Shown here piece after piece: positions 23,903 to 33,173 of a stretch of 64,000 nucleotides of DNA (within the stretch, counting starts at the first letter, position 1; every line of letters begins with the position of its first letter). The notes beneath the pieces are model-generated. The model saw nothing but the letters and a program-made list of their open reading frames with translations. It did not search any database and was not told the DNA's origin. Location of the stretch: assembly GCA_947478395.1 (NCBI GenBank), contig CANJVR010000003.1, forward strand, positions 160,001-224,000, written 5' to 3'. Source of the DNA: Opitutia bacterium. Lineage in GTDB: Bacteria; Verrucomicrobiota; Verrucomicrobiia; Opitutales; Opitutaceae. A program made the position numbers and the translations under genes.

Positions 23903-24000
23903 CGGCTCCGACCTTCTGTTTCGGCGGCGTCGATTGCAACCAGCGCGTGCAACGCCTTGGACTCTTGCACCGCACCGCCGAGCGGGCCAAGTTCGCGATC

Positions 24001-24975
24001 ATGCGCACCCCGTACTACCGCCTCGTGCTGCTTGCACTCACCCTCTCCCTCTCCATCAACCGCGGAATCGCGGCCGATTCGCCCCTCACGGTCGCGACCG
24101 ACCAGGAGTTCAGCGGCTGGCACGATGCCATCATCCTGCGCAACGGCGTGGTCGAGGCCGTCATTGTGCCGTCGGTGGGACGCGTGATGCAGTTTCGTTT
24201 TGTCGGCGAGACCGACGGTCCGTTGTGGGTCAACGAAAAGCTCGCCGGGAAACCGATGCCGGCTGATCCGTGGAAAACCACCGGGAGTTTCGGCGGCGAC
24301 AAAACCTGGCCCGCGCCGCAGAAAGCGTGGAACTGGCCACCGCCGGATGTCTTCGACGCCGTGGCGCTCAAGGCGCGGGTGAATCCCGATCGCTCGGTCA
24401 TCCTTGAATCGCCGGAAAGCCCGCGCTTCGGCATTCGCACCGTGCGGCGCATCGTACTCGATCCCGTCGCTCCGGTGCTGCGCATCGAAACCACGTTTGA
24501 AAAAATCTCCGGCGCGCCGTCTTCCGTTTCAATCTGGGTGATCTCGCAGCTCCGCGATCCGGTCGCGTTGATCGTACCGTTGCCGGCCAATTCGATTTTC
24601 CCCGACGGGCTCGCCCCGGGCTCGGCTGCGCTCGCCGGTTTTGGGACGCGCGAGGGCAACTGGCTCAGGCTCACGCGCGATCATCGCGCCCAGAAAAAAC
24701 TCTCCAACGACGCCTCGACGCTCGTCTGGGCCGGCGAAAAAGAATTACTCCGCATCGATCAGCCCCGCATCGCCGGCGCGACTTACCCGGACAACGGCTG
24801 CAGCGCGCAAGTGTACACGAATGCCGATCCTGTCGCGTACGTGGAACTCGAGATGTTCGGGCCGCTGCAGACCTTGCATCCCGGCGAAAAGATGAGCGCG
24901 ACGAACACGTATCGACTCGCGCGACGGACCACGGCGGATCTCGACGCGGACGTGCGAGCCTTGCTCGCGCCCTAA
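24001..24975 (+). CDS. Secreted DUF4380/galactose-mutarotase-like protein
   Basis: Signal peptide; VP..GRVM, FGGDKTWPAPQ, YVELEM.GP. Confidence 0.6.
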   Translation: MRTPYYRLVLLALTLSLSINRGIAADSPLTVATDQEFSGWHDAIILRNGVVEAVIVPSVGRVMQFRFVGETDGPLWVNEKLAGKPMPADPWKTTGSFGGDKTWPAPQKAWNWPPPDVFDAVALKARVNPDRSVILESPESPRFGIRTVRRIVLDPVAPVLRIETTFEKISGAPSSVSIWVISQLRDPVALIVPLPANSIFPDGLAPGSAALAGFGTREGNWLRLTRDHRAQKKLSNDASTLVWAGEKELLRIDQPRIAGATYPDNGCSAQVYTNADPVAYVELEMFGPLQTLHPGEKMSATNTYRLARRTTADLDADVRALLAP

Positions 24976-25425
24976 CGGTTGCTTCGATTTCTTGAGCGGC
25001 GCGAGGCTCCGACCCAGCGCGCCGCCTTTACCGGTCTGGTCCGTCAACTGCGTCGCAGCCAGCGTACGCAAAAGCGTGAGGGCTTTCGACGCGTTCACCT
25101 AGAATCGGTCGGGCTTACGGTAAACGCGGAAGTTTCCCCAGTAGCCGCGGGCCTTCAATTCACGGAAAAAACCACGTCGTCCGCTTCATACGCTATGACG
25201 GGATAAATGCGGCCGCGGACTGAAAGCCCGACTGGCGGCGAAAAATCGCGCGCGGAATTCCACCGCGGACGAACGTGGCGAGCATTCGAATCGCGAGCAG
25301 TCCGATTGTCGTCTGCCGCTCGTTTGGGGCCGCGCTTCGGGCCGGATGAGCGTGAGTCATCTTCCGAGTTTCACCCAAACCCGCGCTTGAGCCGGTGGCG
25401 CGAGCGGCGCCATGCTAACTCCGCG

Positions 25426-26190
25426 ATGCCCGTCAAAGCCGATCTCCAGCACCTCCGCGCGCTCCGCGAAAAAAAGCATCGCGAAGCACTCGGACTCTTT
25501 GTCGTCGAAGGGGAGAAGGTTGTTGCCGAGTTGCTCACCGCGAAATTTCCGTTCGTCGAGATCTACGCCACCAATGAATGGCCGGGCTGGACCTCTGCTC
25601 CTGTTCCGGCTCCGACTGCGGCCCAGACCCGGGTTGTGCTGGTCACTCCGGAAGAAATGGCCCGCGCGAGTCATTTTCCCACCCCGTCGTCGGTGCTTGC
25701 GGTGGGTAAACTGGAACGCCGGACCCTCGGACCAAGCGAACTCGATCACGGCCTCACGCTCGCACTCGATGGGGTGCAGGACGCCGGCAATGTCGGCACG
25801 TTGCTGCGCATCGCGGACTGGTACGGTCTCGACCGCGTGCTGCTGTCCCCCGATTGCGCTGACTTGTTTTCCCAAAAAGTCATCAACGCCAGCATGGGTT
25901 CGTTCGCCCGCATGCCCACCTTCACCGGCGATCTCGCGGTTGCGCTGTCCTGCCGGGGCGCCGGCGTCGCCGTCTTGGGCTGCGATCTCACCGGAGAATC
26001 CGTGCATTCGCTGCCGGCGTTGACCAACGCCGTGATTGTCATCGGTAGCGAAGGGCGCGGTCTTTCACCGGCCGTCGCCGCGGCGATCACGCACCGGGTC
26101 ACGATTCCGAAATTCGGCGGGGCCGAATCGCTCAACGCCGCCGTCGCCGCCGCCATCGTGTGCGATAATCTGCGGCGCCGATCTGGTTAA
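25426..26190 (+). CDS. TrmH/SpoU-family RNA methyltransferase
   Basis: FVVEGEK, DGVQDAGNVGTLLR, IGSEGRG, ESLNAAVA. Confidence 0.93.
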   Translation: MPVKADLQHLRALREKKHREALGLFVVEGEKVVAELLTAKFPFVEIYATNEWPGWTSAPVPAPTAAQTRVVLVTPEEMARASHFPTPSSVLAVGKLERRTLGPSELDHGLTLALDGVQDAGNVGTLLRIADWYGLDRVLLSPDCADLFSQKVINASMGSFARMPTFTGDLAVALSCRGAGVAVLGCDLTGESVHSLPALTNAVIVIGSEGRGLSPAVAAAITHRVTIPKFGGAESLNAAVAAAIVCDNLRRRSG

Positions 26191-26465
26191 GTTAGGATTT
26201 CGCCGCACCCGCGACCGCTTTTTGGCAGGGCGCAACATTGCAGTTGGAGCCCTCGCACGCCTCGTGCCCCAAACATGGGCAACCGGAGGGCGGAATCTCA
26301 GCCTACGTGCGGCTGACCCAACCCCGCGCGTAGCCGGTCGGCTCCTTCAGCTTGTCGGAGAAGTGAACCGGGAAGCCGCTGGTGCGGAAAGTTTTTGTCT
26401 TTTTTCGGCTAACCCGCTTCCCGCGAAGCATCGATCCGAATTATGGGCCCTATCCACGGTCAAAC

Positions 26466-26714
26466 TTACTTCTCCTTGCCGCCGCCGCTCTTCTTTTTGC
26501 CGCCGCCGCTGTGGAGTAACGTGCCCGCGAGGACGCCCACGGCGAAGACGCCGAAATAAATCAAACCTGCGGCCGCGCGGATCGGAGTCTTCGTCGTCGC
26601 TTCCAGCATCGGGAAATGGAAATCGATCATGTGCGTGTTGTTCATGCCCACGTAGAGCATAACGAAAAGCAGCCCGAGGAAGACGATGGACTTTAAGACG
26701 GCGGAAAAGCTCAT
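26466..26714 (-). CDS. LapA/DUF1049-like small membrane protein
   Basis: Two hydrophobic segments flanking NN..IDFHF; basic C-terminus. Confidence 0.7.
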   Translation of the reverse strand: MSFSAVLKSIVFLGLLFVMLYVGMNNTHMIDFHFPMLEATTKTPIRAAAGLIYFGVFAVGVLAGTLLHSGGGKKKSGGGKEK

Positions 26715-26963
26715 GGGCCAAAACCGTGACGCATTGCCCGCAGCTTGGCGAGCGTTTGCACGCCGGCTGATGAACACGCGAAACGATCTGATGTCGGTCA
26801 AGTCATCCCAACGTCTCTTCCTGGCGCTACCTTGCTCATCGAGACATGTAATGAGCGACGGCCCTGCGGCGGATTGGAGTAAAATCTAACGCGCGCATGT
26901 CGGCCTGCGACAGTCCGGCGGACGCCGGGAGGAATTTCGGCGCCCCTTCCGGTCGTTTTTGCC

Positions 26964-26996
26964 AAAAAAACGGCGCCGTTTTTCAACGGCGCCGTT
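26964..26996 (-). terminator. Rho-independent terminator after the TonB receptor
   Basis: Minus strand AACGGCGCCGTT-GAAA-AACGGCGCCGTT followed by a T run. Confidence 0.8.
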
Positions 26997-27025
26997 GGGC
27001 AAGTCACGCGATGCGTCGAGACCGA

Positions 27026-30000
27026 TCAGAGATCGAACGTCGCGGTGAAGACAAACGTCCGGGGATCGATGATACGGAACGTGTGGGGCGAGCCATCCGG
27101 GTAGGCTCCCACCGCTTGCAGACGCGCTTTCGATTCCTGGACATTGCGCACATTGAGTTGGAAACGGGCGCGGACCTTGTCGTTAAACAGCTTCGTATTG
27201 TACGAGGCGAAGGCGTCGACGTACATGTTGGCCTTGTCGTACACCGGGCGGTTGGCGTCGTACTGGGTCGCGATGGTGATGTCGCCATTGATCGGAACGC
27301 CGTAGTAGCCGATCGCGCCTTTGCTTTCCCAACGGTAACCTGCTCCCACCGTCATGTTCTTCAGGATGGCCTGCTGCGAATACTTAGCGAGGCGGAGGCT
27401 CGTGTTCAGGTTAAAGCGCCACTCGCGGATTTCGGGGCGGCTCTTGCCTTCGGTGGCTCGAGCGAGGCCGATAGGCGAGACCACGTTACCCTGCAGGAAC
27501 GTGTTTGCGGCGCTACCGCCGGTCGCGACCGGACCGGTTGCGATGTATTGCTGCGTGAACCACAAACCACCGGTGCGGGGATCGATAATTGAATTCCACA
27601 CGGGCAAGCGGGCCTCGACCCATGCCGGAATGTGCGGCGCCACGTTCGAATCAATCGATGCCTGGCGGGTGAGATTGGCCTTCAACGTCCAGTAGCTGTC
27701 CGGGTTAACATGGAGTTCGATTTCGTCACCCTTCGACGTTTGGTCCTGGGTTTCGCTGATGGTGTTTCCCACGAACGCCGCATTCTGCTCCGGCGTGATT
27801 TTCATGATATTGTAGACGGCCGATTCCACTTGGGCCGAGCTGAAACCCGGATTGGCGGCGGCGACCCACAAGCGGGACTGCTTCTGCAAGCTGAAGTTGT
27901 CGTTGTTGCCGGCGAAGTTTTCCAGGTCGAGGCGCAATGTGCGCTGGCCGAAGGTACCGGCCTGACCGTTGCGCGTGTTGATCGACTTGTTCTCGTAGCG
28001 GTTGACCCGGAGTACGACTTTGTTGGTCCAGAGATTGACCGAGAAGCCGTAGTCATTGCCCGTGGAAGTGGGATTTTCGAGTTGCTCGAGAGTCACGCTG
28101 ATCGCGGGCACTTCAGGGAGGAAGCTGTCGGATTTGTTGTAGTGAACATTCATGCCGGCAAGTAAGCCGGCGATGAATCCACCAGCGCCACCGTTGGCGG
28201 CGATCTTATCGATTGCCTGCCAGCCACGGAACGGACGCGCGACGACGCCCTTGGTCGTCGTATCGCCGGAGCGCTTCGCCCAGTCGCCCACCCATCCATC
28301 CATCGCGGCGAAATCGAACTCGTAACCGTTCGATTTCAACACGGCAGGACGCCCGAACTTGTTGTTATTTTCGTCGTGACGTTTACCGAAGGTCGCAACG
28401 ATTCGGTCATTCCAGAGATTGTTCTGCAACACGGCGCCGCGCGTGTTGATCAGATTCTGCGAGGCGAAGTTGCCGCCTGACCCTTCCTGAATCGCGGATT
28501 CGGCCAACGCCACGGGATCGTTCACCCATTGATTCGTCTGGGGATTAAACCAGACGAAGGGATAGTTGCCATATTTGAAGACGCCGGGCGAGTAGTCGAC
28601 GTTCTGGCCGACGTTGTCGCCGACGTAATAATTGAACATACCGCGCAAAACGGCGGGTCCGACGACGCCCGATTGGTTGGCCTTGGGCGCGCCAGCCGGG
28701 GCATAGATCGGGCTGTCGGTGATGTTCACATCACGGTAGCGGTAACTGCGCTGCTTGGTGAGGCGTTCCTCGGCGTAGCCGACGAGTTGGTGCCGACCGA
28801 GCCACTGCATCCAATTGGTTTTTGGCGTGAAATCCAAGGTATACGCGGCCTGACCACGGTACGTGTCGCGCACGTACGGCTGGCTCGAGTGCGTCGGCTC
28901 GCCCACCCCCATGTAGGGCCGCATGAAGTACGGATTGGCCCGGCCGTCGAGAAGCTTGGAGTTTACATCCACGTAAAGGTAGTTGCTGTTGCCGCCGGCC
29001 GAAGACTGGCCGATGAAATTCAGATTGCTGCGGCGGGCGCTTTCGTGATTCCAGCCGAGCTGGAACGCGAGTTTGTTCATCTGGCCGTCGAGCACGATTT
29101 GTTCGAGTTCGACCGTGGTGTTCTCGTTGTGATCTTTGATCGAGTTGATGCCCGCCAGATTGATGTCCGAGTAGTCGTAAATCGCTTTGCTGGAAATGCC
29201 GCGTACGGTGGAGTAGAGCGGGTGATTCGTGCGTACGGGATCGGGAATGGTGGTGAGCAAACGCTGCGTGCCACCGGTGTTGGCCGGGCCATTGATGGCG
29301 GTGGCGGCGGGGGTCGCTTGAATGGTCCAGAGCGCGAGGCCGCTCTGATCGATAAAGAGCGCGGATCGCCCGGCCAAGGTGAAGGTGGTCAGACCCGTGG
29401 GATTGGTTGTACCGGTGACGGTCGAGACACCATTCGCGGTGACCGTGGACGTGATCGGGTCCCAAGTTGGGGAGCCGAGATTGTTTTTCCAGTAGGATAC
29501 GGCGTCACGCGGGGTGAGCGTGTTGGGGCGGGTGCCGAAGAAGTCGTAAACGGAAAACGAGGCGCGGACGGTGGTGGTGCGGAATGGCTGCGCGCGCACC
29601 ATGAAATTGTAGCGACGAGTCGTGCCGCCCGACGGCTTTTGGTTGTAGGCGTCGTGCTGGTAGACCGTGCTCGCGCGAATGGCGAGTTTGTCCTTGAAAA
29701 TTGGCCGGTTGACGTCGAGCGAGGTGCGATAACCGCCGAGGGCGTCGACGCGGGCTTCGACGGTGCTGATCGCGCGGCGCAGATTGGCGGTGGCGCCCAC
29801 GAGATTGACGGTGCCGGAACCCTGGCCGAGGCCGAAGATGTTCGAGTTAGGTCCACGGCTGATTTCGACGGCTTCGATGCCGATCGGGTCGATCGGAACG
29901 CGGCCGCTGCTGGCGAAATTGTTGAGCGCAATGTTGGCGGCGGAGCCACCACGGACGCGATTCGCGCCCTGCGGGTTGTTCTGGATGTTGTCGGTGACCA

Positions 30001-30457
30001 TACCATTTCGGTCGACCGAGTAATCCGTGTAGTTGCCGGTGCCTTCCGTGCTGCTCTCGTAGTTGAAGATGTCGTTGATATCGAGCATCGCGAAATCCTG
30101 CATCTGGGCCTTGGTCACGACGGAAATCGATGATGCCAGATCCTCGATCTTCGCGTTGAGACGGGTGCCCGACATGGTGTTCGCGGCGAAATAGCCGTTA
30201 CCGGACTCCTTAACCTCGAAGACCGAGAGCTGCACCGCATCGTCGGCGCGCATGTTTGCCAGCTCCGCTTCGTCGAGTTTTCCGTCGTGGTTGAGATCGT
30301 ATTTCGCCAGCTGGGCTGACGAAATCGGCGCGGCGGCGGCAACCGCTTGGGCGTAACCGGCGTGGCAGATGAACGATGCCAGGCAGAGCGCCGCGAACAA
30401 CGTTTTGATATCCGTCGCAGGAATGCGATGGGACAGGGGTGGATGCGATGTGGTCAT
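27026..30457 (-). CDS. Large TonB-dependent receptor with N-terminal EF-hand-like loop
   Basis: VQLSVFEV, SGTRL...DL.SSISVVT, VEISRGPNS..FGLG, QLNVRN, PRTFVFTATFDL; start set to ATG 30457. Confidence 0.92.
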   Translation of the reverse strand: MTTSHPPLSHRIPATDIKTLFAALCLASFICHAGYAQAVAAAAPISSAQLAKYDLNHDGKLDEAELANMRADDAVQLSVFEVKESGNGYFAANTMSGTRLNAKIEDLASSISVVTKAQMQDFAMLDINDIFNYESSTEGTGNYTDYSVDRNGMVTDNIQNNPQGANRVRGGSAANIALNNFASSGRVPIDPIGIEAVEISRGPNSNIFGLGQGSGTVNLVGATANLRRAISTVEARVDALGGYRTSLDVNRPIFKDKLAIRASTVYQHDAYNQKPSGGTTRRYNFMVRAQPFRTTTVRASFSVYDFFGTRPNTLTPRDAVSYWKNNLGSPTWDPITSTVTANGVSTVTGTTNPTGLTTFTLAGRSALFIDQSGLALWTIQATPAATAINGPANTGGTQRLLTTIPDPVRTNHPLYSTVRGISSKAIYDYSDINLAGINSIKDHNENTTVELEQIVLDGQMNKLAFQLGWNHESARRSNLNFIGQSSAGGNSNYLYVDVNSKLLDGRANPYFMRPYMGVGEPTHSSQPYVRDTYRGQAAYTLDFTPKTNWMQWLGRHQLVGYAEERLTKQRSYRYRDVNITDSPIYAPAGAPKANQSGVVGPAVLRGMFNYYVGDNVGQNVDYSPGVFKYGNYPFVWFNPQTNQWVNDPVALAESAIQEGSGGNFASQNLINTRGAVLQNNLWNDRIVATFGKRHDENNNKFGRPAVLKSNGYEFDFAAMDGWVGDWAKRSGDTTTKGVVARPFRGWQAIDKIAANGGAGGFIAGLLAGMNVHYNKSDSFLPEVPAISVTLEQLENPTSTGNDYGFSVNLWTNKVVLRVNRYENKSINTRNGQAGTFGQRTLRLDLENFAGNNDNFSLQKQSRLWVAAANPGFSSAQVESAVYNIMKITPEQNAAFVGNTISETQDQTSKGDEIELHVNPDSYWTLKANLTRQASIDSNVAPHIPAWVEARLPVWNSIIDPRTGGLWFTQQYIATGPVATGGSAANTFLQGNVVSPIGLARATEGKSRPEIREWRFNLNTSLRLAKYSQQAILKNMTVGAGYRWESKGAIGYYGVPINGDITIATQYDANRPVYDKANMYVDAFASYNTKLFNDKVRARFQLNVRNVQESKARLQAVGAYPDGSPHTFRIIDPRTFVFTATFDL

Positions 30458-30488
30458 GGAGGGTGAGTTTAGGAAAATGAGGGGCTTT

Positions 30489-32903
30489 TCAGGGGTGGGA
30501 GGGCTGCCACTCGAAATAGGAATCGTAGCCGGCGGTGAGATTGCGTGCCAGCCAAGTCCGATATTCATGATCCGCGAGGCGGGTCACGTCACGTTTTTTA
30601 ATGAGCGTCGTGTTCGTGTAGATCACGACCGTTTGGCGGCCATTGACGGTCGACGTGCAAATCAGTTCGTCGCGGAAATCTCCGCCGAGATCCGCCGCGT
30701 ACATAACGCGCCCTTCGCCCTCGTTCGGACCCGGATCGGGTAGCTCGGTAAATTTTCGGCCTGCAAAATAACCCAGCGTCCGGCCGTTGCCGGACATGAG
30801 CTCGTGCTTGTCGCCGCCCAGCCAGTTCACCGGTTTCCACGCGCCGATCCAAGGGCTCAGGATCACCTTGCCCTGCGCGTCGAAGAGCAACGTGTCGCGA
30901 ATGAGATGCCCGTCGCGATTGGTTTCCATTTCCATACCCGGCGAGTCCGCGATGATATCGGCGACCCACCCGGTGTGCGCATGGGTCCAGCGCGGATCGT
31001 CCTCGCGATTCGTTTTCCAAATGACTTTCCCGGTGTCGGCGTCGACGACGTAGGCACCGGCGTTGGTGTTGTCCTCGACGGCAAAGTAAACCTGCCGGCC
31101 GGGGCGGCCAGGGATGATGTGCTTGACCGCGACGGTGTCGGGATGCCCAGCGTAGATCGACCAGCGCACGGTACCGTCGGAGTTGAGACACGTGGTGCCG
31201 TCGAAGACCTCATCCCGACCGTCGCCGTTTACGTCGGCGTTGACGATGTAGTGGGCACCGCTGCCATTCGTTTCGCCGAAACTCTTGAACTGCCACAACT
31301 GCTTGAGCGTCCGGCCGTCGTAGGCGGTGAAGATCTCGTTTTCGTAGAGGCCGGATTGCGTGATGATCGCCGGGTTTTTCCCGTCGAGGTAAGCGATGCC
31401 CATCACGATGCGCGTCGACGAGCGGGAGAAATCGGAGACCAGCGGCGTCCACGGCGTTTTGCGCAGGGTTTCGCCGGTCAGGCCGTCGAGCACGCCAAGA
31501 TAAACCTGGTCGCCCTCCTGGATGCGGGCCACCACCTCGCATTTGCCGTCACCATCGAGATCGTAGAGCAGGACCGGGCTGTTGTTGTGGCTGCCGAAAC
31601 ACTGCGCGTGCCACACGAGCGGGCGGCGCCAGATGCTTTTGCCGTAGCTGGTGAATGCTTCGATCTCGACTGGGACGCCGGGATCGGCAGAGCGCTCGTT
31701 GATGCCGTTATCGAGCCGGAAAACCGCATCCATCACGCCGTCCCCATTCAGATCGCCGAAGGCCGCGGTGAAGCCGCCGGTGCGGACGTTGGGTGTGAAA
31801 CGCGCGATTTCGCCGCTGCGTTTTTCCGTGGGCTCGAAGCCGACCCATTCCGACGGCGGACCCTCGCGTCCGTCGGCGAGCACGGCCCGCACGCGATAAT
31901 ACGAGCGGAATTCGCCGTCGGGCTGATCCGGACCTTCACCGCGCGTATGTTGCGTGGCTCGCGGCCCCGGAGGATTGAGATCGATGAAATTAGTCGAATC
32001 GGTGATCGGCGCTTGTGTGATGCGCTCACCGGCCGCGTGACGATACTGCGTGCGGTAAACGTGGAAGCCGGTATTCGCGGGTTCATCGGCCAGTAGATTC
32101 CAGCTGATGAAGATTTTTTTGTCGCCCGCTGACGCGGCCATCAGGCGCCGGTTCTGGAGCCGAAAATGAGTCGTGCCGAGCGGCTCGCGCACGAGGCGGA
32201 AACCAAGGTCGGGCCGCCGGATGCCTTCGAGCTGATAGGCGCTCCGGCCGAGCTCTAGATAGTAAGGCGCGCGCGCCCACGAGCCGCCCATGGCCCAGCC
32301 TTCACGATCGTCCTGTGACGTAATGCGAAAGACGAAACCGCCGAGGGTGACATCGGGATATTCGGCGATCATCTGCCACGTATTACCGGCCATGTCGTAG
32401 AGGCCCCATGGATTGGGTGCATAACTTTTCACCGGCTTCAGCCGCTCTTTCCACGCGCTGATGTCGCGCTCCCCTTTCTCGGAATAGTTGGCGCGCTGCG
32501 GAGTGGGCTCGTCGTTGCCCCAGACGTATTTCACGTCGGCCCGGCCGGCGCGTGCCGCGTACTCGAACTCAGAGGACGTCGGCAGCCGATAAACGCGATT
32601 TTCCTTTTTCGTGCGCCAGTCGGTGTAAGCGCGTACGTCGCTATAGCGATTCACGAAAACCACGGGAAGATTGGCCAGGCCCGCGGGCGTTTTCCCGTTG
32701 GTCCAATAAGGCGGGGCCGCGTAGTGCGTCGCGTCGATAAAAATTTGGTACTCCGCGTTTGTGATCGGGTGCTCCGACATCTCGAAATCGTCGAGCTGGA
32801 TACCCGGACGCAACGCACCGCCCTTGATGGGCACGAAAACCTCGGCCAAGGCCGGGGCAAGCCCAAGGACAAGCAGCAGGAAAAGGGGTAGCATCCGATG
32901 CAC
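30489..32903 (-). CDS. Fusion of an FGE-sulfatase (SUMF1-like) domain and a PL11-type rhamnogalacturonan lyase-like beta-propeller
   Basis: N-terminus ITNAEY, RLPTSSEFEYAAR, NPWGLYDMAGN, GGSW, LGFR; then IFISWNLL...FHVYR, GDLNGDG, YDLDGDGKCEV, AYLDG.NP, ADVNGDGRDE, ADLGGDFRDE. Confidence 0.8.
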   Translation of the reverse strand: MHRMLPLFLLLVLGLAPALAEVFVPIKGGALRPGIQLDDFEMSEHPITNAEYQIFIDATHYAAPPYWTNGKTPAGLANLPVVFVNRYSDVRAYTDWRTKKENRVYRLPTSSEFEYAARAGRADVKYVWGNDEPTPQRANYSEKGERDISAWKERLKPVKSYAPNPWGLYDMAGNTWQMIAEYPDVTLGGFVFRITSQDDREGWAMGGSWARAPYYLELGRSAYQLEGIRRPDLGFRLVREPLGTTHFRLQNRRLMAASAGDKKIFISWNLLADEPANTGFHVYRTQYRHAAGERITQAPITDSTNFIDLNPPGPRATQHTRGEGPDQPDGEFRSYYRVRAVLADGREGPPSEWVGFEPTEKRSGEIARFTPNVRTGGFTAAFGDLNGDGVMDAVFRLDNGINERSADPGVPVEIEAFTSYGKSIWRRPLVWHAQCFGSHNNSPVLLYDLDGDGKCEVVARIQEGDQVYLGVLDGLTGETLRKTPWTPLVSDFSRSSTRIVMGIAYLDGKNPAIITQSGLYENEIFTAYDGRTLKQLWQFKSFGETNGSGAHYIVNADVNGDGRDEVFDGTTCLNSDGTVRWSIYAGHPDTVAVKHIIPGRPGRQVYFAVEDNTNAGAYVVDADTGKVIWKTNREDDPRWTHAHTGWVADIIADSPGMEMETNRDGHLIRDTLLFDAQGKVILSPWIGAWKPVNWLGGDKHELMSGNGRTLGYFAGRKFTELPDPGPNEGEGRVMYAADLGGDFRDELICTSTVNGRQTVVIYTNTTLIKKRDVTRLADHEYRTWLARNLTAGYDSYFEWQPSHP

Positions 32904-33173
32904 GGAAGCAGGAACTAATTAGAAAGAAGGCTCGTCAACGGAAACACCGTCCGGACAGTCGCACGGCGCAGCGGTCGCGCCGCTCGGTTTCGAGTTTCCT
33001 GTTGCGGATTTCGATTTATCGAAATCCTAAAATTCGGGCCCGTAACACCAAACGCCAAGCTCCGCCCACCGAGCTGTGTTCGGCTCCGTCCGTCATGTTT
33101 ACGGCGCGAACGATAACTCGACCGTTGCAGCTTCGACGCCGCGGTGTACGCAGAGGAACAAGCCCCCTTTCCC

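Noticed and set aside
32200..32300. GGSW...LGFR end of the FGE (CLec-fold) domain as a diversity-generating retroelement target
   Set aside because: No template repeat and no reverse transcriptase seen in the window, and the domain is internal to a fusion
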